A stretch of 64,000 nt of DNA from an uncultured Bacilli bacterium. Its GTDB lineage: Bacteria > Bacillota_I > Bacilli_A > RF39 > UBA660. Shown piece by piece: positions 18,800 through 29,112 of the stretch. Position numbers and translations under genes: made by a program. A model generated the notes under the pieces. It saw only the letters and a list, made by a program, of their open reading frames with translations. It made no database searches and was not told where the DNA came from. How positions within the stretch are numbered: the stretch's first letter is position 1; every line of letters begins with the position of its first letter. The DNA lies in assembly GCA_934102215.1 (NCBI GenBank), contig CAKOSH010000001.1:78777-142776 (forward strand), written 5' to 3'.

Positions 18800-21451
18800 C
18801 TATATATTATTTTTCTTATTTCTTTTTGCATATTTATACACTTCCATTACAAATAATACTGGTAATGCCATTAAAAATAACAATAACAAATGCATAGGTG
18901 GAACATCATATGTTTGTAAGAAACTAGATAATACTGGTATTTCCATAACTAACATTTGAAGTAATATCGTTCCAACTATTACTAGTAGAATGAATGGATT
19001 AGATTTAAAGTTATTATGAAATACACTCTTACTTTCACTTCTACAGTTAAGTACATGAATATTTTGCATAAATACCATTAAAGCAAGAACATATCCACGA
19101 GCATGAGCAACTTCAAAATTTAAAACATCAATTAAGAACCACCATACACCAAATACAATTAATCCAATAAATAATCCTGATAATATTATTTGAGTTATCA
19201 TTTCACGTTCAAATAAACTTTCAGTAGTTTTTCTTGGTTTCTCTTTCATTATAGTATCAGTTTCTCTTTCAAAAGATAAAGCCATATCTTGAAGTCCATC
19301 TGTAACTAAATTTAACCATAAAAGTTGTATTGCAACAAGTGGAATTGGTAAATTAAATGCAATTGATAATACAAAGAATAATACTTCAGCAAATCCACAT
19401 GATAATAACATTATACATACTTTTCTAATATTAGAATAAGCGTTTCTTCCTTCTTCTATACCTGCTACTATAGATGAAAAATTATCATCAATAATAATCA
19501 TTTTAGCTGTTTCTTTAGCAACATCAGTACCACTTCCCATTGCAACACCAATATTTGCTACTTTAATTGCAGGAGCATCATTAACACCATCACCAGTTAC
19601 TGCAACAAATTCACCTTGTCTTTGTAAAGATTCAACAATTTTTAATTTTTGTATAGGAGTCACTCTAGCAAAAACAGTTTTATCTTTAACAAAATTATCA
19701 AATTTTTCATTATCTTCAATATAGAAATCTAAATCACTACCAGTACATACTTCATCTCTAGTACTTGCTATATTAAGTTCTCTTGCAATAGCATAAGCAG
19801 TAAGTGCATGATCACCAGTTATCATAAGTACTTTAATTCCAGCATTATGACATTCTTTTACTGAAGCAGTCGCCTCTTTTCTAACAGGATCAATAAAACC
19901 AACTAATCCTATAAAATTTAATTTATCTAAATCTCTTTCATCATATTTTTCTTTTTCTTTTATTTCTTTAGAACATAATGCAATTACCCTATATCCAGAA
20001 GATGCTAATTCATCATTTTGTTTAAGAATCTTTTCTTTATCAATTTTCTTTATCTCATCGCCAACCATAGTATGAGAACAAAAATCAAGTATAACTTCAA
20101 CGGAACCTTTTGCAGTACAATACATTTTATCGTTCATTTTAAAAAATACTGCACTATATTTCTTTTGTGATTCATATGGAATAATATCTTTCTTTTTAAA
20201 TTTTGTATCATTTGTTTTAAGTTTTCTTGATAATGCTAAAAATGCTATATCTATTGAATCACCAAATTTATCCCATTTTCCCTTATTTTTTTCAAGCATT
20301 GCTTCATTATTTATAAGACCTAATATTGATAAATATTTTGCATTTTTAAGTTCACTGCCTGCATCATAAATAATTTTTCCATTATCATTATAACCATTTC
20401 CTTCAATATCGAATTTTTCTCCATTAGGTAACACAATTTTTTTAGCAGTTTGTTCATTTACAGTAAGTGTTCCTGTTTTATCGCTAGCAATAACAGTACA
20501 ACTACCTAAACTTTCAACTGAATTTAGTTTTTTAACAATAACATTTCTTTTACTCATTTTATTTGAAGCAATAGTAAGTGCAAGTGTTAATGATAAAGGT
20601 AATCCCTCTGGCATAGCAGAAACACCAAGTGCAACTACTGATAAAAATATTTCAAGTGGTTCATACTTTTTATATATAAGAACTATAGCAATAATAATTG
20701 ATATAACAACTATTAACATAGTAATTTGTTTAGAAAATTTTTCCATTCTAATAGTAAGAGGTGATTTACTTTCTTCTGTAGTAGTAACTTTTTCAGCAAT
20801 TTTACCAACTTCAGTATCAAGACCAGTACCACATACTACTGCAAGCGCTCTACCTGTTAAAACAGAAGTACCAGCATATAACATATTTTTTTTAGAAATG
20901 TCACTTAGTGTTGATTCTCCTTCTTCTTTTAAAACGCCAATACTTTCTCCAGTAAGAATAGATTCATCAACAGTTAAATTATTAGAATTAATTATTCTAG
21001 CATCAGCAGATATTTTAGTACCAGATTCAAGAACAATTATATCTCCTGGAACTAAAAGTGAAGAATCTATTTCAATATATTCATTATCTCTTATTACTTT
21101 TGTTTTTACTTTTATTAAATCTTTAAGTGCTTCAGCATTTTTAGTAGCCCTATATTCTTGTATAGTAGACATGACTGCATCAACAAGAATTATAAATATA
21201 ATTGCAAATGCATCAAGTGGCTCATTAGCAATAAAAGATAATATTGCAGCAACAAACATAACATATATAATTGGATCCATAAAAGACTCAATAAATACTT
21301 TAAATATACTTTTCTTCTTTTCATGAGGAAGTTCATTATAACCATATTCTTTAAGTCTTCTATTTGCTTCTTTATCAGTAAGACCATTTAAAGATGTTTT
21401 TAATTTTTTTAACACCTTCTTTATATCAATATATTCATAATCCTTTTTCAT
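18800..21451 (-). CDS. P-type cation-transporting ATPase (Ca2+/P2-type)
   Basis: Phosphorylation motif DKTGTLT, hinge TGDGVNDAPAIK, 10 predicted TM helices, 883 aa. Confidence 0.85.
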   Translation of the reverse strand: MKKDYEYIDIKKVLKKLKTSLNGLTDKEANRRLKEYGYNELPHEKKKSIFKVFIESFMDPIIYVMFVAAILSFIANEPLDAFAIIFIILVDAVMSTIQEYRATKNAEALKDLIKVKTKVIRDNEYIEIDSSLLVPGDIIVLESGTKISADARIINSNNLTVDESILTGESIGVLKEEGESTLSDISKKNMLYAGTSVLTGRALAVVCGTGLDTEVGKIAEKVTTTEESKSPLTIRMEKFSKQITMLIVVISIIIAIVLIYKKYEPLEIFLSVVALGVSAMPEGLPLSLTLALTIASNKMSKRNVIVKKLNSVESLGSCTVIASDKTGTLTVNEQTAKKIVLPNGEKFDIEGNGYNDNGKIIYDAGSELKNAKYLSILGLINNEAMLEKNKGKWDKFGDSIDIAFLALSRKLKTNDTKFKKKDIIPYESQKKYSAVFFKMNDKMYCTAKGSVEVILDFCSHTMVGDEIKKIDKEKILKQNDELASSGYRVIALCSKEIKEKEKYDERDLDKLNFIGLVGFIDPVRKEATASVKECHNAGIKVLMITGDHALTAYAIARELNIASTRDEVCTGSDLDFYIEDNEKFDNFVKDKTVFARVTPIQKLKIVESLQRQGEFVAVTGDGVNDAPAIKVANIGVAMGSGTDVAKETAKMIIIDDNFSSIVAGIEEGRNAYSNIRKVCIMLLSCGFAEVLFFVLSIAFNLPIPLVAIQLLWLNLVTDGLQDMALSFERETDTIMKEKPRKTTESLFEREMITQIILSGLFIGLIVFGVWWFLIDVLNFEVAHARGYVLALMVFMQNIHVLNCRSESKSVFHNNFKSNPFILLVIVGTILLQMLVMEIPVLSSFLQTYDVPPMHLLLLFLMALPVLFVMEVYKYAKRNKKNNI

Positions 21452-21520
21452 ATCTTTTTTCCACCTACTTTATATATTATATTATATAAGATTAGTAATA
21501 TTTTTTCAATGAAAAAGGAA

Positions 21521-22603
21521 CTAATCACTACTAGTTCCAAGTATAACTTTAAAAGTTTCAACTTTACCATTTCTATTAACTATAACATTTACTTTATCAT
21601 TAGGTTTATATTTATATAAATTATATCTAAGTTCAGCAACATTTTTAACATTATAGTCACCTATTTTAGTAATAACATCTCCCTTTTTAAGGCCACCCTT
21701 ATCACATGGTCCATCTTTAACTGCTTCAATAACTACAACACCATTTGTAATATTTGAATCTATTTTTATATTTTCACTAGCAAAATTATATCCAGAAGAA
21801 ACATTAACCATTCTAAGTCCAAGATATGATCTTTTTATCTCTTCACCATTAACTATCATATTAGCATAACTAATAGCATCTTCAATAGGAATAGCAAATC
21901 CCATTCCTTCTACTTGAGATTGAACAAGTTTCATTGAATTAATACCAATCACATCACCATTAGCATTACAAAGAGGACCACCACTATTACCAGGATTAAT
22001 AGCTGCATCAGTCTGCATAACATTCATAATCCAATCATTTTTAGAACCCACAGTAACATTAACAAGTCTATTTTTACCACTAAGTATTCCCCTTGTTACA
22101 GTACCATAATATTCACTACTAATTGGAGAACCAATAGTAAACACAGTATCTCCAACATTTGTAGATACAGAACTACCTATACTTGCTACTTTCTTAACAT
22201 ATTTTTTATTTATTTTGATAACAGCAATATCAGCATATTCATCATCACCAATAATAGTCGCATCAATAATGTCACCGCTCATTAGCATAACTTTAATATT
22301 AGAAGCTCCTTCGATAACATGAGAATTAGTCATTATATAGCCTTCACTACTATAAACAAAACCAGAACCAATTCCACTTGCTTTATCATTTTTATAATTT
22401 TGAACCACAACTACTGAATCATATACATTACTTATACCAGTTGATAGTCCTATCTCACTTACAGTAAATTTTCTATCAACAGTATTAGTACTATTATCAC
22501 TATCACTATCAACTACGTTTAAAGGATATGTTCTAACAAGCATATACATTGAAGCACATCCAATAAAGAATGTAGTAATAGATGCAATTATTGTTTTTCT
22601 CAT
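21521..22603 (-). CDS. htrA: HtrA/DegP-family serine protease with PDZ domain
   Basis: Trypsin-like catalytic motifs (TNSHVIEGA, GNSGGPL), C-terminal PDZ, N-terminal TM. Confidence 0.85.
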   Translation of the reverse strand: MRKTIIASITTFFIGCASMYMLVRTYPLNVVDSDSDNSTNTVDRKFTVSEIGLSTGISNVYDSVVVVQNYKNDKASGIGSGFVYSSEGYIMTNSHVIEGASNIKVMLMSGDIIDATIIGDDEYADIAVIKINKKYVKKVASIGSSVSTNVGDTVFTIGSPISSEYYGTVTRGILSGKNRLVNVTVGSKNDWIMNVMQTDAAINPGNSGGPLCNANGDVIGINSMKLVQSQVEGMGFAIPIEDAISYANMIVNGEEIKRSYLGLRMVNVSSGYNFASENIKIDSNITNGVVVIEAVKDGPCDKGGLKKGDVITKIGDYNVKNVAELRYNLYKYKPNDKVNVIVNRNGKVETFKVILGTSSD

Positions 22604-22610
22604 ATTTCAC

Positions 22611-23540
22611 CTACTCTAAATAAGATATTTGTCTATAATTATCAGGAAAGCCCATTCTATATAATACTTTACTTATATCAATTACTTTAAGTTTTGAAGA
22701 TAACCAATCTATTTCATAATCAATTTCATTCATCATCATCTTAAAATCAGTTTCAGTAAGCATTTCCTTCAATATTATAATTAATGCAAATATATCATGC
22801 TTACCATAAATATATTCATCTTCAATTTTAGGTATATCAAGCATACTATGATATCTTGTGTCATTAATACTTTTTTGAGTTTCATGATTATATAAAATAT
22901 CTTCATGAGCACATAAATTTCTATAGTTAGAAAGTATAGATAAATAACTCTCAAAACTATCAGCATCAACATTATAATAAGATGCTATTTCATCTCTATC
23001 TTCATCTTTAAGTATTGTAAATAATTCACTCATAAGTCCAAAGCTAATTACTTTTACCCCTACCCACATAGGTATATAACCATAATTATTTATATAGTGA
23101 CTTGTTGCTTGATGTTGATAACCATTTATTCTTATTTGTCTTTTTAATTTTCTTATTAAATCATTTATTTGTCTTGCTCTATCTTTACTTCTATTAAAAT
23201 TATTAGCATTTAAATAATCTTTTTCTTTATAACCATACTTCTTACTTAAAACATAACTATATATAGACTTATAGTTATTTTCAACTATCAATATATTTTT
23301 AAATATTATATTCCTAAAATATCTATCAAATGTAAATAATGCATATAATTCTTCAAAAGTAGTACCATCAATAAATCTTTTAGTTCCATTTATTAAAAAT
23401 GGTGAACGATATCCATTCAAAAAGAAATAATTTTCTCTAAGTAATACTTCACTTGCTTTATCGTAATCGTTTATAACAAGTCCCTTACTTCTTAATATCT
23501 CTAATTGTTCATCGATAGTTTTAAATATTTTAGCAGCCAT
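22611..23540 (-). CDS. abortive-infection protein, Abi_2 (AbiD/AbiD1/AbiF) family
   Basis: N-terminus MAAKIFKTIDEQLEILRSKGLVINDYDKASEVLLRENYFFLNGYRSPF matches the Abi_2 consensus (K.f.T.eeQi.lL.sRGL.i.d…a…L..inYyrlsgY), plus the conserved NYRNLCAHE segment. Confidence 0.65.
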   Translation of the reverse strand: MAAKIFKTIDEQLEILRSKGLVINDYDKASEVLLRENYFFLNGYRSPFLINGTKRFIDGTTFEELYALFTFDRYFRNIIFKNILIVENNYKSIYSYVLSKKYGYKEKDYLNANNFNRSKDRARQINDLIRKLKRQIRINGYQHQATSHYINNYGYIPMWVGVKVISFGLMSELFTILKDEDRDEIASYYNVDADSFESYLSILSNYRNLCAHEDILYNHETQKSINDTRYHSMLDIPKIEDEYIYGKHDIFALIIILKEMLTETDFKMMMNEIDYEIDWLSSKLKVIDISKVLYRMGFPDNYRQISYLE

Positions 23541-23670
23541 ATAACACTCTCCTACAATAATATTATTATATCACTAATATATGTTATTTCAATTAATTAA
23601 ATAATCACTATACAAAAAATATTACATATTAAAAGCACACAAATCAGTGTGCCTAATTTAAAATTAAAAA

Positions 23671-24279
23671 TTATAACCAAGTATCTTTTTTAACAATTTC
23701 TTTATATGGAAACTTCTTATCAAATTCTTTCAATAATTCTTCATTAATATTAAAGCATTCAGGATCACTATATTCAGAGTTTTGAATATCAAGCTTAACT
23801 TTATCAAATATTTTAATCATAAAGAAGGGTGATTCTTCATTTCTATCTAGCCCTTCATAATAAATTTTATATTTTGATGCACTTTCAAATCCATATTTTT
23901 TATAATATTTTGGATTACCTGTTATAACTATTTCATTATAACCTATTTTATATGCTTTATTCATTGTATAATTAATTATTTTTTCTCCATATCCCATATG
24001 TTGATAAAGAGGAAGTATACTAACTGGTCCAAATGTTAATATCTTTCTAGTTTTACCATCATCATATTTTAATGTTCCAAGTGAATAGACTATATTAACA
24101 ATAATCTTATCATCTATAGTTAAAACATAATCAAGTTCTTTTATAAATGATTTATTATTTCTTAAATTATGTATAACAAAATGTTCAAAACAACCTGGTC
24201 TATATACATTATAAAATGCTTCTCTTACTAAATTTTCTACTTCAAAATAATCTTCTTTTCTTTCTAATCTAATTTTCAT
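23671..24279 (-). CDS. GNAT family N-acetyltransferase
   Basis: Acetyl-CoA-binding region QHMGYGEKIINYTMNKAYKIGY; start at MKIRLERKEDYFEVENL with RBS GGAGG. Confidence 0.7.
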   Translation of the reverse strand: MKIRLERKEDYFEVENLVREAFYNVYRPGCFEHFVIHNLRNNKSFIKELDYVLTIDDKIIVNIVYSLGTLKYDDGKTRKILTFGPVSILPLYQHMGYGEKIINYTMNKAYKIGYNEIVITGNPKYYKKYGFESASKYKIYYEGLDRNEESPFFMIKIFDKVKLDIQNSEYSDPECFNINEELLKEFDKKFPYKEIVKKDTWL

Positions 24280-24379
24280 TTTTCCTCCATTTATCATATT
24301 TTATTTAATGATAAATACGAGTTCCAATTCACCATTTAATATTTTTATCAAAAATTTCCTCCATATTAATATTATATTC

Positions 24380-24411
24380 AAGAAAAAACTCTATAGAAAA
24401 TATAGAGTTTA
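24380..24411 (-). terminator. Rho-independent terminator of the rplM-rpsI operon
   Basis: Perfect 10-bp inverted repeat AAACTCTATA-(5)-TATAGAGTTT followed on the minus strand by TTTTTTCTTG, 15 nt after the rpsI stop. Confidence 0.55.
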
Positions 24412-24426
24412 AACTTATAGATTTTA

Positions 24427-24822
24427 CTATCTCTTAGAGAATTGTGGTGCTCTACGAGCCTTCTTAAGACCATATTTCTTTCTTTCTTTGATTCTAGCAT
24501 CTCTAGTAATCATTCCATTAGATTTTAATGTTGGTCTTGTTTCAGCATTAGCAAGCATTAATGCTCTTGCGATACCTAATCTAATTGCTCCAGTTTGACC
24601 AGAGAAACCTCCACCTTTAACAACTACGTTAACATCATACTTTTCAGTAGCATCAGCAAGCTGTAATGGTTGGATTAAATCCATAACTAAAGTTTCATAA
24701 GGCATATAATCTTTAACATCTTTACCATTAACAGTAATTACACCTTTTCCTGGAACTAATGTTACTTTAGCAACACTTCTTTTTCTTCTGCCTAATGCAG
24801 TGAATTTAGTTTTTTCTGCCAT
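24427..24822 (-). CDS. rpsI: 30S ribosomal protein S9
   Basis: C-terminus …[25 protein letters not shown]; 131 aa. Confidence 0.95.
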   Translation of the reverse strand: MAEKTKFTALGRRKRSVAKVTLVPGKGVITVNGKDVKDYMPYETLVMDLIQPLQLADATEKYDVNVVVKGGGFSGQTGAIRLGIARALMLANAETRPTLKSNGMITRDARIKERKKYGLKKARRAPQFSKR

Positions 24823-24823
24823 A

Positions 24824-25255
24824 TTACTTTACCTCTAATCTTTCTGGTTTTTGAGCTTCATGTTTATGTTCATTACCTGCATAAACAAATAATTGTCTAT
24901 ACATATCTCTTCCAAGTCTATTCTTAGGAAGCATATTTTTAACAGCTCTTTCTACCATTTCTACTGGATATTTTTCTTTCATAGTTCTAGCAGTTCTTTC
25001 TCTTAAACCGCCTGGATATCCACTATGATTGTAGTACATTTTTTTGTCTAACTTATTACCAGTTAAAACAACTTTTTCTGCGTTGATAATAATAACATTA
25101 TCACCACATGCAACATAAGGTGTGAATGTAGGTTTATTTTTACCTCTTAATACTGAAGCAGCTAAAGCAGCAACTTTACCTAATACTTGACCTTCAGCAT
25201 CAATTACATACCACTTATGTTCAACATCTTCTTTTCTTAACATAAATGTTTTCAT
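24824..25255 (-). CDS. rplM: 50S ribosomal protein L13
   Basis: [47 protein letters not shown]…; 143 aa. Confidence 0.95.
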   Translation of the reverse strand: MKTFMLRKEDVEHKWYVIDAEGQVLGKVAALAASVLRGKNKPTFTPYVACGDNVIIINAEKVVLTGNKLDKKMYYNHSGYPGGLRERTARTMKEKYPVEMVERAVKNMLPKNRLGRDMYRQLFVYAGNEHKHEAQKPERLEVK

Positions 25256-25395
25256 ATTTAATTTTTCCCTTCTTCAAATCAAGCGCCATCATATTTGCAA
25301 CTATGACATTTTCATCCCACGAAAACTGCACTTTCTTTAAATGTACCGGACCTATTATATACTAAAAATAGCCGATTTGTCAACACTTTTTTATC

Positions 25396-25423
25396 TTGAC
25401 AACAACACACGTAATATTATAAA
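25396..25423 (+). promoter_or_regulatory. putative sigma-A promoter for the surface-protein gene (block of + strand genes 25453–31164)
   Basis: TTGACA (25396–25401), 16-nt spacer, TATAAA (25418–25423); RBS AAGGAGAG before ATG at 25453. Confidence 0.35.
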
Positions 25424-25452
25424 ATTAAATTGTATAATAAGGAGAGATTAAA

Positions 25453-26508
25453 ATGAAGAATAAAGGGTTATTTATAATACTACTAATACTATTTTTATTA
25501 TCAGCCGCAGGAGCAGGAATTGGTTTTTATGAACATAATAAAGAAAAACCAAACAATCCAAATCCAGAAACACCACAGGCCAAAATAACATACAAATATT
25601 ATTTAGAAGATGAAGAAGTTCAAGAAATGCCAGGTGCTGACAAAATAATGGATGAACTTGGAAATGAAACTGACAAATATAAATATAAATTTGCAAGATA
25701 TCAATGTATCGATAATACAGTTACAGGTCAATTTAATGAAGATGAATGGAAATTTGTTCCAAATGTTGAAAAAGATACAACATGTAATTTATTCTTTGTT
25801 AATAGTACATATGAAGTAACACTAACAGTTACTAATGGTAAAGCTGATGAAAGTAATCCAAAATATATAGAAAGAGAAAAAGATGGAGAATTCAAAATTA
25901 TTCCATCAGAAGGATATAAATTTGAAAGCGCACAATGTAGTGATGACAAAACTGCTACATGGAACGAAGAAAACAATACATTAACAATAAATGCTATTAT
26001 GAAAAGCGTAGCATGTAAAATAATATTTGAAGTAAAAGAATTGAAAATGGATGTTACAGTTGTCAATGGAAAAGGAACTACAACAGAAACTGCTAAATAT
26101 GGAGAAAGCATTTCAGCAATAGTTGAACCAAATGAAGGATATCAAAATCCTAAACTAGAATGTACAAACGATCAAAAAGCAGAATTCAAAGATAATAAAA
26201 TAACAATATCAAAAATAACAGATAATACAAAATGTACATTAACTTTCGTAGAAAAACCTATTAAAAAATATAGTATTAAAATAACAACTCTTCCAGATAC
26301 AATAACAATTGTTAAAGGTAGTACAGACAATAGTGTTGAAGAAGGAAAGACAGGAACATTTATGTTAAAAGGAACTACAGGAGTTAAGCCAACAATTAAA
26401 TGTTCAGTAGAACCATCAAAAACAGAAAATACAACAGAAGGCTATTTATATACATTCTTAAATGTTACTAAAGATATTACATGTGAAGTAACAGCAGTAG
26501 CTGAATAA
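25453..26508 (+). CDS. exported/membrane-anchored protein with four tandem ~80-aa two-cysteine repeat domains
   Basis: N-terminal TM (GLFIILLILFLLSAAGAGIGF) followed by repeats each carrying …EGY…C… and ending (T/K)C.(L/V)(T/F)F (TCNLFF, ACKIIF, KCTLTF, TCEVTA); Thr/Lys-rich beta-strand-like composition suggests Ig-like or Flg_new-like surface domains. Confidence 0.5.
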   Translation: MKNKGLFIILLILFLLSAAGAGIGFYEHNKEKPNNPNPETPQAKITYKYYLEDEEVQEMPGADKIMDELGNETDKYKYKFARYQCIDNTVTGQFNEDEWKFVPNVEKDTTCNLFFVNSTYEVTLTVTNGKADESNPKYIEREKDGEFKIIPSEGYKFESAQCSDDKTATWNEENNTLTINAIMKSVACKIIFEVKELKMDVTVVNGKGTTTETAKYGESISAIVEPNEGYQNPKLECTNDQKAEFKDNKITISKITDNTKCTLTFVEKPIKKYSIKITTLPDTITIVKGSTDNSVEEGKTGTFMLKGTTGVKPTIKCSVEPSKTENTTEGYLYTFLNVTKDITCEVTAVAE

Positions 26509-26567
26509 GCTACTTTTTTCTTGCAAAAATGTTTATAAAATGTTAAATTATCACTGGAGAAAAAATT

Positions 26568-27584
26568 ATGTGGAAAATAGGAAATGTTAAAATAAATAAT
26601 AGAATCGTATTTGCACCAATGGCAGGTATATCAAATGAATCATTTAGAAAGATAATTAAATCAATGAATCCAGGACTTATTTATAGTGAAATGATAAGTA
26701 ACATGGGAATTATCTATAACAGTAAAAACACTATAGACATGTTAAAAATAAATGACGAAGAAAGACCAATTAGTATACAAATATTTGGTAGTGATGAAGA
26801 TAGTTTTATTAGTGCTGCTAAATACATTGAAGAAAATATTCATCCAGATATCATAGATATTAATATGGGATGTCCTGTACCAAAAGTTGCTCTTAAATCA
26901 CAAGCAGGTTCAAGTCTGCTTAAAAACCCTGATAAAATTTATAAAATTGTAAGTGCTGTAGTAAATACAGTAAGTATCCCTGTAACAGTTAAAATAAGAG
27001 CCGGATGGGATAAGAACTCTATTAATTGTGTAGAAGTAGCTAAAATAATTGAAAAAGCAGGTGCCAGTGCTATTGCTATACATCCAAGAACAAGAGAACA
27101 AGGTTATACAGGAAATGCAAATTGGAGCTTAATAAAAGAAGTTAAAGATGCAGTTAATATTCCTGTCATAGGTAATGGTGATATTAAAACAATAGAAGAT
27201 GCAAAAAGAATGCTAGATGAAACAGGTTGTGATGCAATAATGATAGGTAGAGCAACAATAGGTAATCCATGGTTCATAAAAGAATGTGTAGAATATGTTG
27301 AAAATGGTAGAATAATAGATAAACCAACTTATAAAGAAAGAATAGATATGTTAGTTCATCATTATGAAATACTAAAACAAGATACAAATCCTAGAAAAGC
27401 ACTTCTTGATATTAAAACACACGCACTTGCATATTTAAAATACATTCCAAATACAAAAGAATTAAAACAAAAGATTGCTTCATCAAAAACAGAAGAAGAA
27501 TTTAATAATTGTATTAGTGAACTTTATAATCATATAAAATGTATAAATTGTGAAAATAATAAAAATACTGACAATTCCTTGTAA
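26568..27584 (+). CDS. dusB: tRNA-dihydrouridine synthase B
   Basis: FAPMAGISNESFRKI…NMGCPVPKV…IHPRT; 338 aa. Confidence 0.85.
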   Translation: MWKIGNVKINNRIVFAPMAGISNESFRKIIKSMNPGLIYSEMISNMGIIYNSKNTIDMLKINDEERPISIQIFGSDEDSFISAAKYIEENIHPDIIDINMGCPVPKVALKSQAGSSLLKNPDKIYKIVSAVVNTVSIPVTVKIRAGWDKNSINCVEVAKIIEKAGASAIAIHPRTREQGYTGNANWSLIKEVKDAVNIPVIGNGDIKTIEDAKRMLDETGCDAIMIGRATIGNPWFIKECVEYVENGRIIDKPTYKERIDMLVHHYEILKQDTNPRKALLDIKTHALAYLKYIPNTKELKQKIASSKTEEEFNNCISELYNHIKCINCENNKNTDNSL

Positions 27585-27626
27585 AGTCAGTATTTTTTGT
27601 TATATAATTAAAACAAGGAGGATTAT

Positions 27627-29048
27627 ATGAAGAAGAGTGGATTATTTAAAATAATCATGTTTATTCTATTTGCTATTGTTATTTTAACTTGGCTACTTCC
27701 AGCTGGATATTACAATTCAGGTGAACTAGTAGATCTAGGAATGAATCAATTAGGATTCTTTGATTTCTGGCAATTACTATTTGCTTCTTTTGGAGCATCT
27801 GATTTTGGATATTTTGTTCAAATATTAATGTTCTTATTATCAGTTGGAGCTCTTTATGGTGTTCTTGGTAAAACAGGAAAATATAGAGCAGCAATCGAAA
27901 AAATAGCAAACAAGTTTAAAGGCAATGAACTACATTTCATAGTTATTGTAGCAGTATTAATCGCAGCATTAACTTCTGTATTTAGTTATGAACTTTGGTT
28001 ATTTATCTTTATACCAGCATTAATAAGTATTATCTTATTACTTGGTTATGATAAAGTAACTGCATGTGTTGCTACATTTGGTGCTATGTTAATTGGTAAC
28101 ATTGGTAGTACAATTGGATATAACATAGTAGGTGCTATTCAAGAAAGTTTAAAAATATCTAAACTATCAAATGGTATCTATTATAGACTTGGAATATTAG
28201 TATTCTCTTTAGGAGCATTAGTATTTTATCTTTATAAAGCAAAAAGAACTAATGTTAAAAAAGATGAAGAAAAAGCAATAGAAACAGAAGACTTATTCGC
28301 AGGCGAAAGTAAAGCTAACAAATACTCAGTTGTACCTATAATAGTAATATTTGCAATCTTATTTGTATTATTAGTATTAGGTTGTACAGCATGGGAAGCA
28401 ACATTCAATGTTAAGATATTCACAACATTAAATAATAAAATCACTAGCTTCGCAATCGGTAAAGATAAATTTACTATATTTGGTAAATTACTTGGTAATG
28501 TTAGTGCATTTGGTTCATGGCATTATGCTGAAATGGCTGTAATGTGTATATTATCTGCATTATTACTTGGTAGATTCTATAGAATGAGTCATAGAGAAAC
28601 AATAGATAACATGATTGATGGTACTAAAAAAATATTAAACTCAGCTGTACTTGTAGTATTATCTTATACAGTAGTATACTTTGCATGTAATACAATGACA
28701 TATCCTACTATAGCAGACTTTATACTAAAAGCAACAAGCAAATTTAACATATTCTTTAGTACAATAACAATGATACTTGGTTCAGTTCTACATGTAGACA
28801 TGTTATATGTAGTAAACTATGTAATACCACAAATCGCTGGTCAAAATGTTTCAACAACTGTAATGGCATTACTTGCTCAAGGCATTTATGGAGTTACAAT
28901 GTTTGTTGCACCTACAAGTGTTGCATTAGTTTTAGGACTTAGTTATCTAGGAATTCCTTATAAAGAATGGCTAAAGAGAACTTGGAAATTATTAGTAGCC
29001 TTACTAGCAATAGTAATGGTAGCAATAATACTTGCCATGGTAATATAA
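27627..29048 (+). CDS. YfcC-family (DcuC/AbgT-like) membrane transporter
   Basis: N-terminus MKKSGLFKIIMFILFAIVILTWLLPAGYY resembles YfcC (…fkiPhtfvilf…lTWiiPaGeY); about 12 TM helices, 473 aa. Confidence 0.6.
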   Translation: MKKSGLFKIIMFILFAIVILTWLLPAGYYNSGELVDLGMNQLGFFDFWQLLFASFGASDFGYFVQILMFLLSVGALYGVLGKTGKYRAAIEKIANKFKGNELHFIVIVAVLIAALTSVFSYELWLFIFIPALISIILLLGYDKVTACVATFGAMLIGNIGSTIGYNIVGAIQESLKISKLSNGIYYRLGILVFSLGALVFYLYKAKRTNVKKDEEKAIETEDLFAGESKANKYSVVPIIVIFAILFVLLVLGCTAWEATFNVKIFTTLNNKITSFAIGKDKFTIFGKLLGNVSAFGSWHYAEMAVMCILSALLLGRFYRMSHRETIDNMIDGTKKILNSAVLVVLSYTVVYFACNTMTYPTIADFILKATSKFNIFFSTITMILGSVLHVDMLYVVNYVIPQIAGQNVSTTVMALLAQGIYGVTMFVAPTSVALVLGLSYLGIPYKEWLKRTWKLLVALLAIVMVAIILAMVI

Positions 29049-29112
29049 TTAAAGAATGAATTTTCATTCTTTTTTTATGCATTAATTTCTATTTAAAAAA
29101 CATAATATTAAT

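Noticed and set aside
20898-21326. 142-aa plus-strand ORF and 65-aa minus ORF at 21190..21387
   Set aside because: Both inside the P-type ATPase coding region (alternate frames or antisense).
25472-26111. Two minus-strand ORFs (74 aa, 127 aa)
   Set aside because: Antisense to the surface-repeat protein gene, which has a promoter, an RBS and an N-terminal TM.
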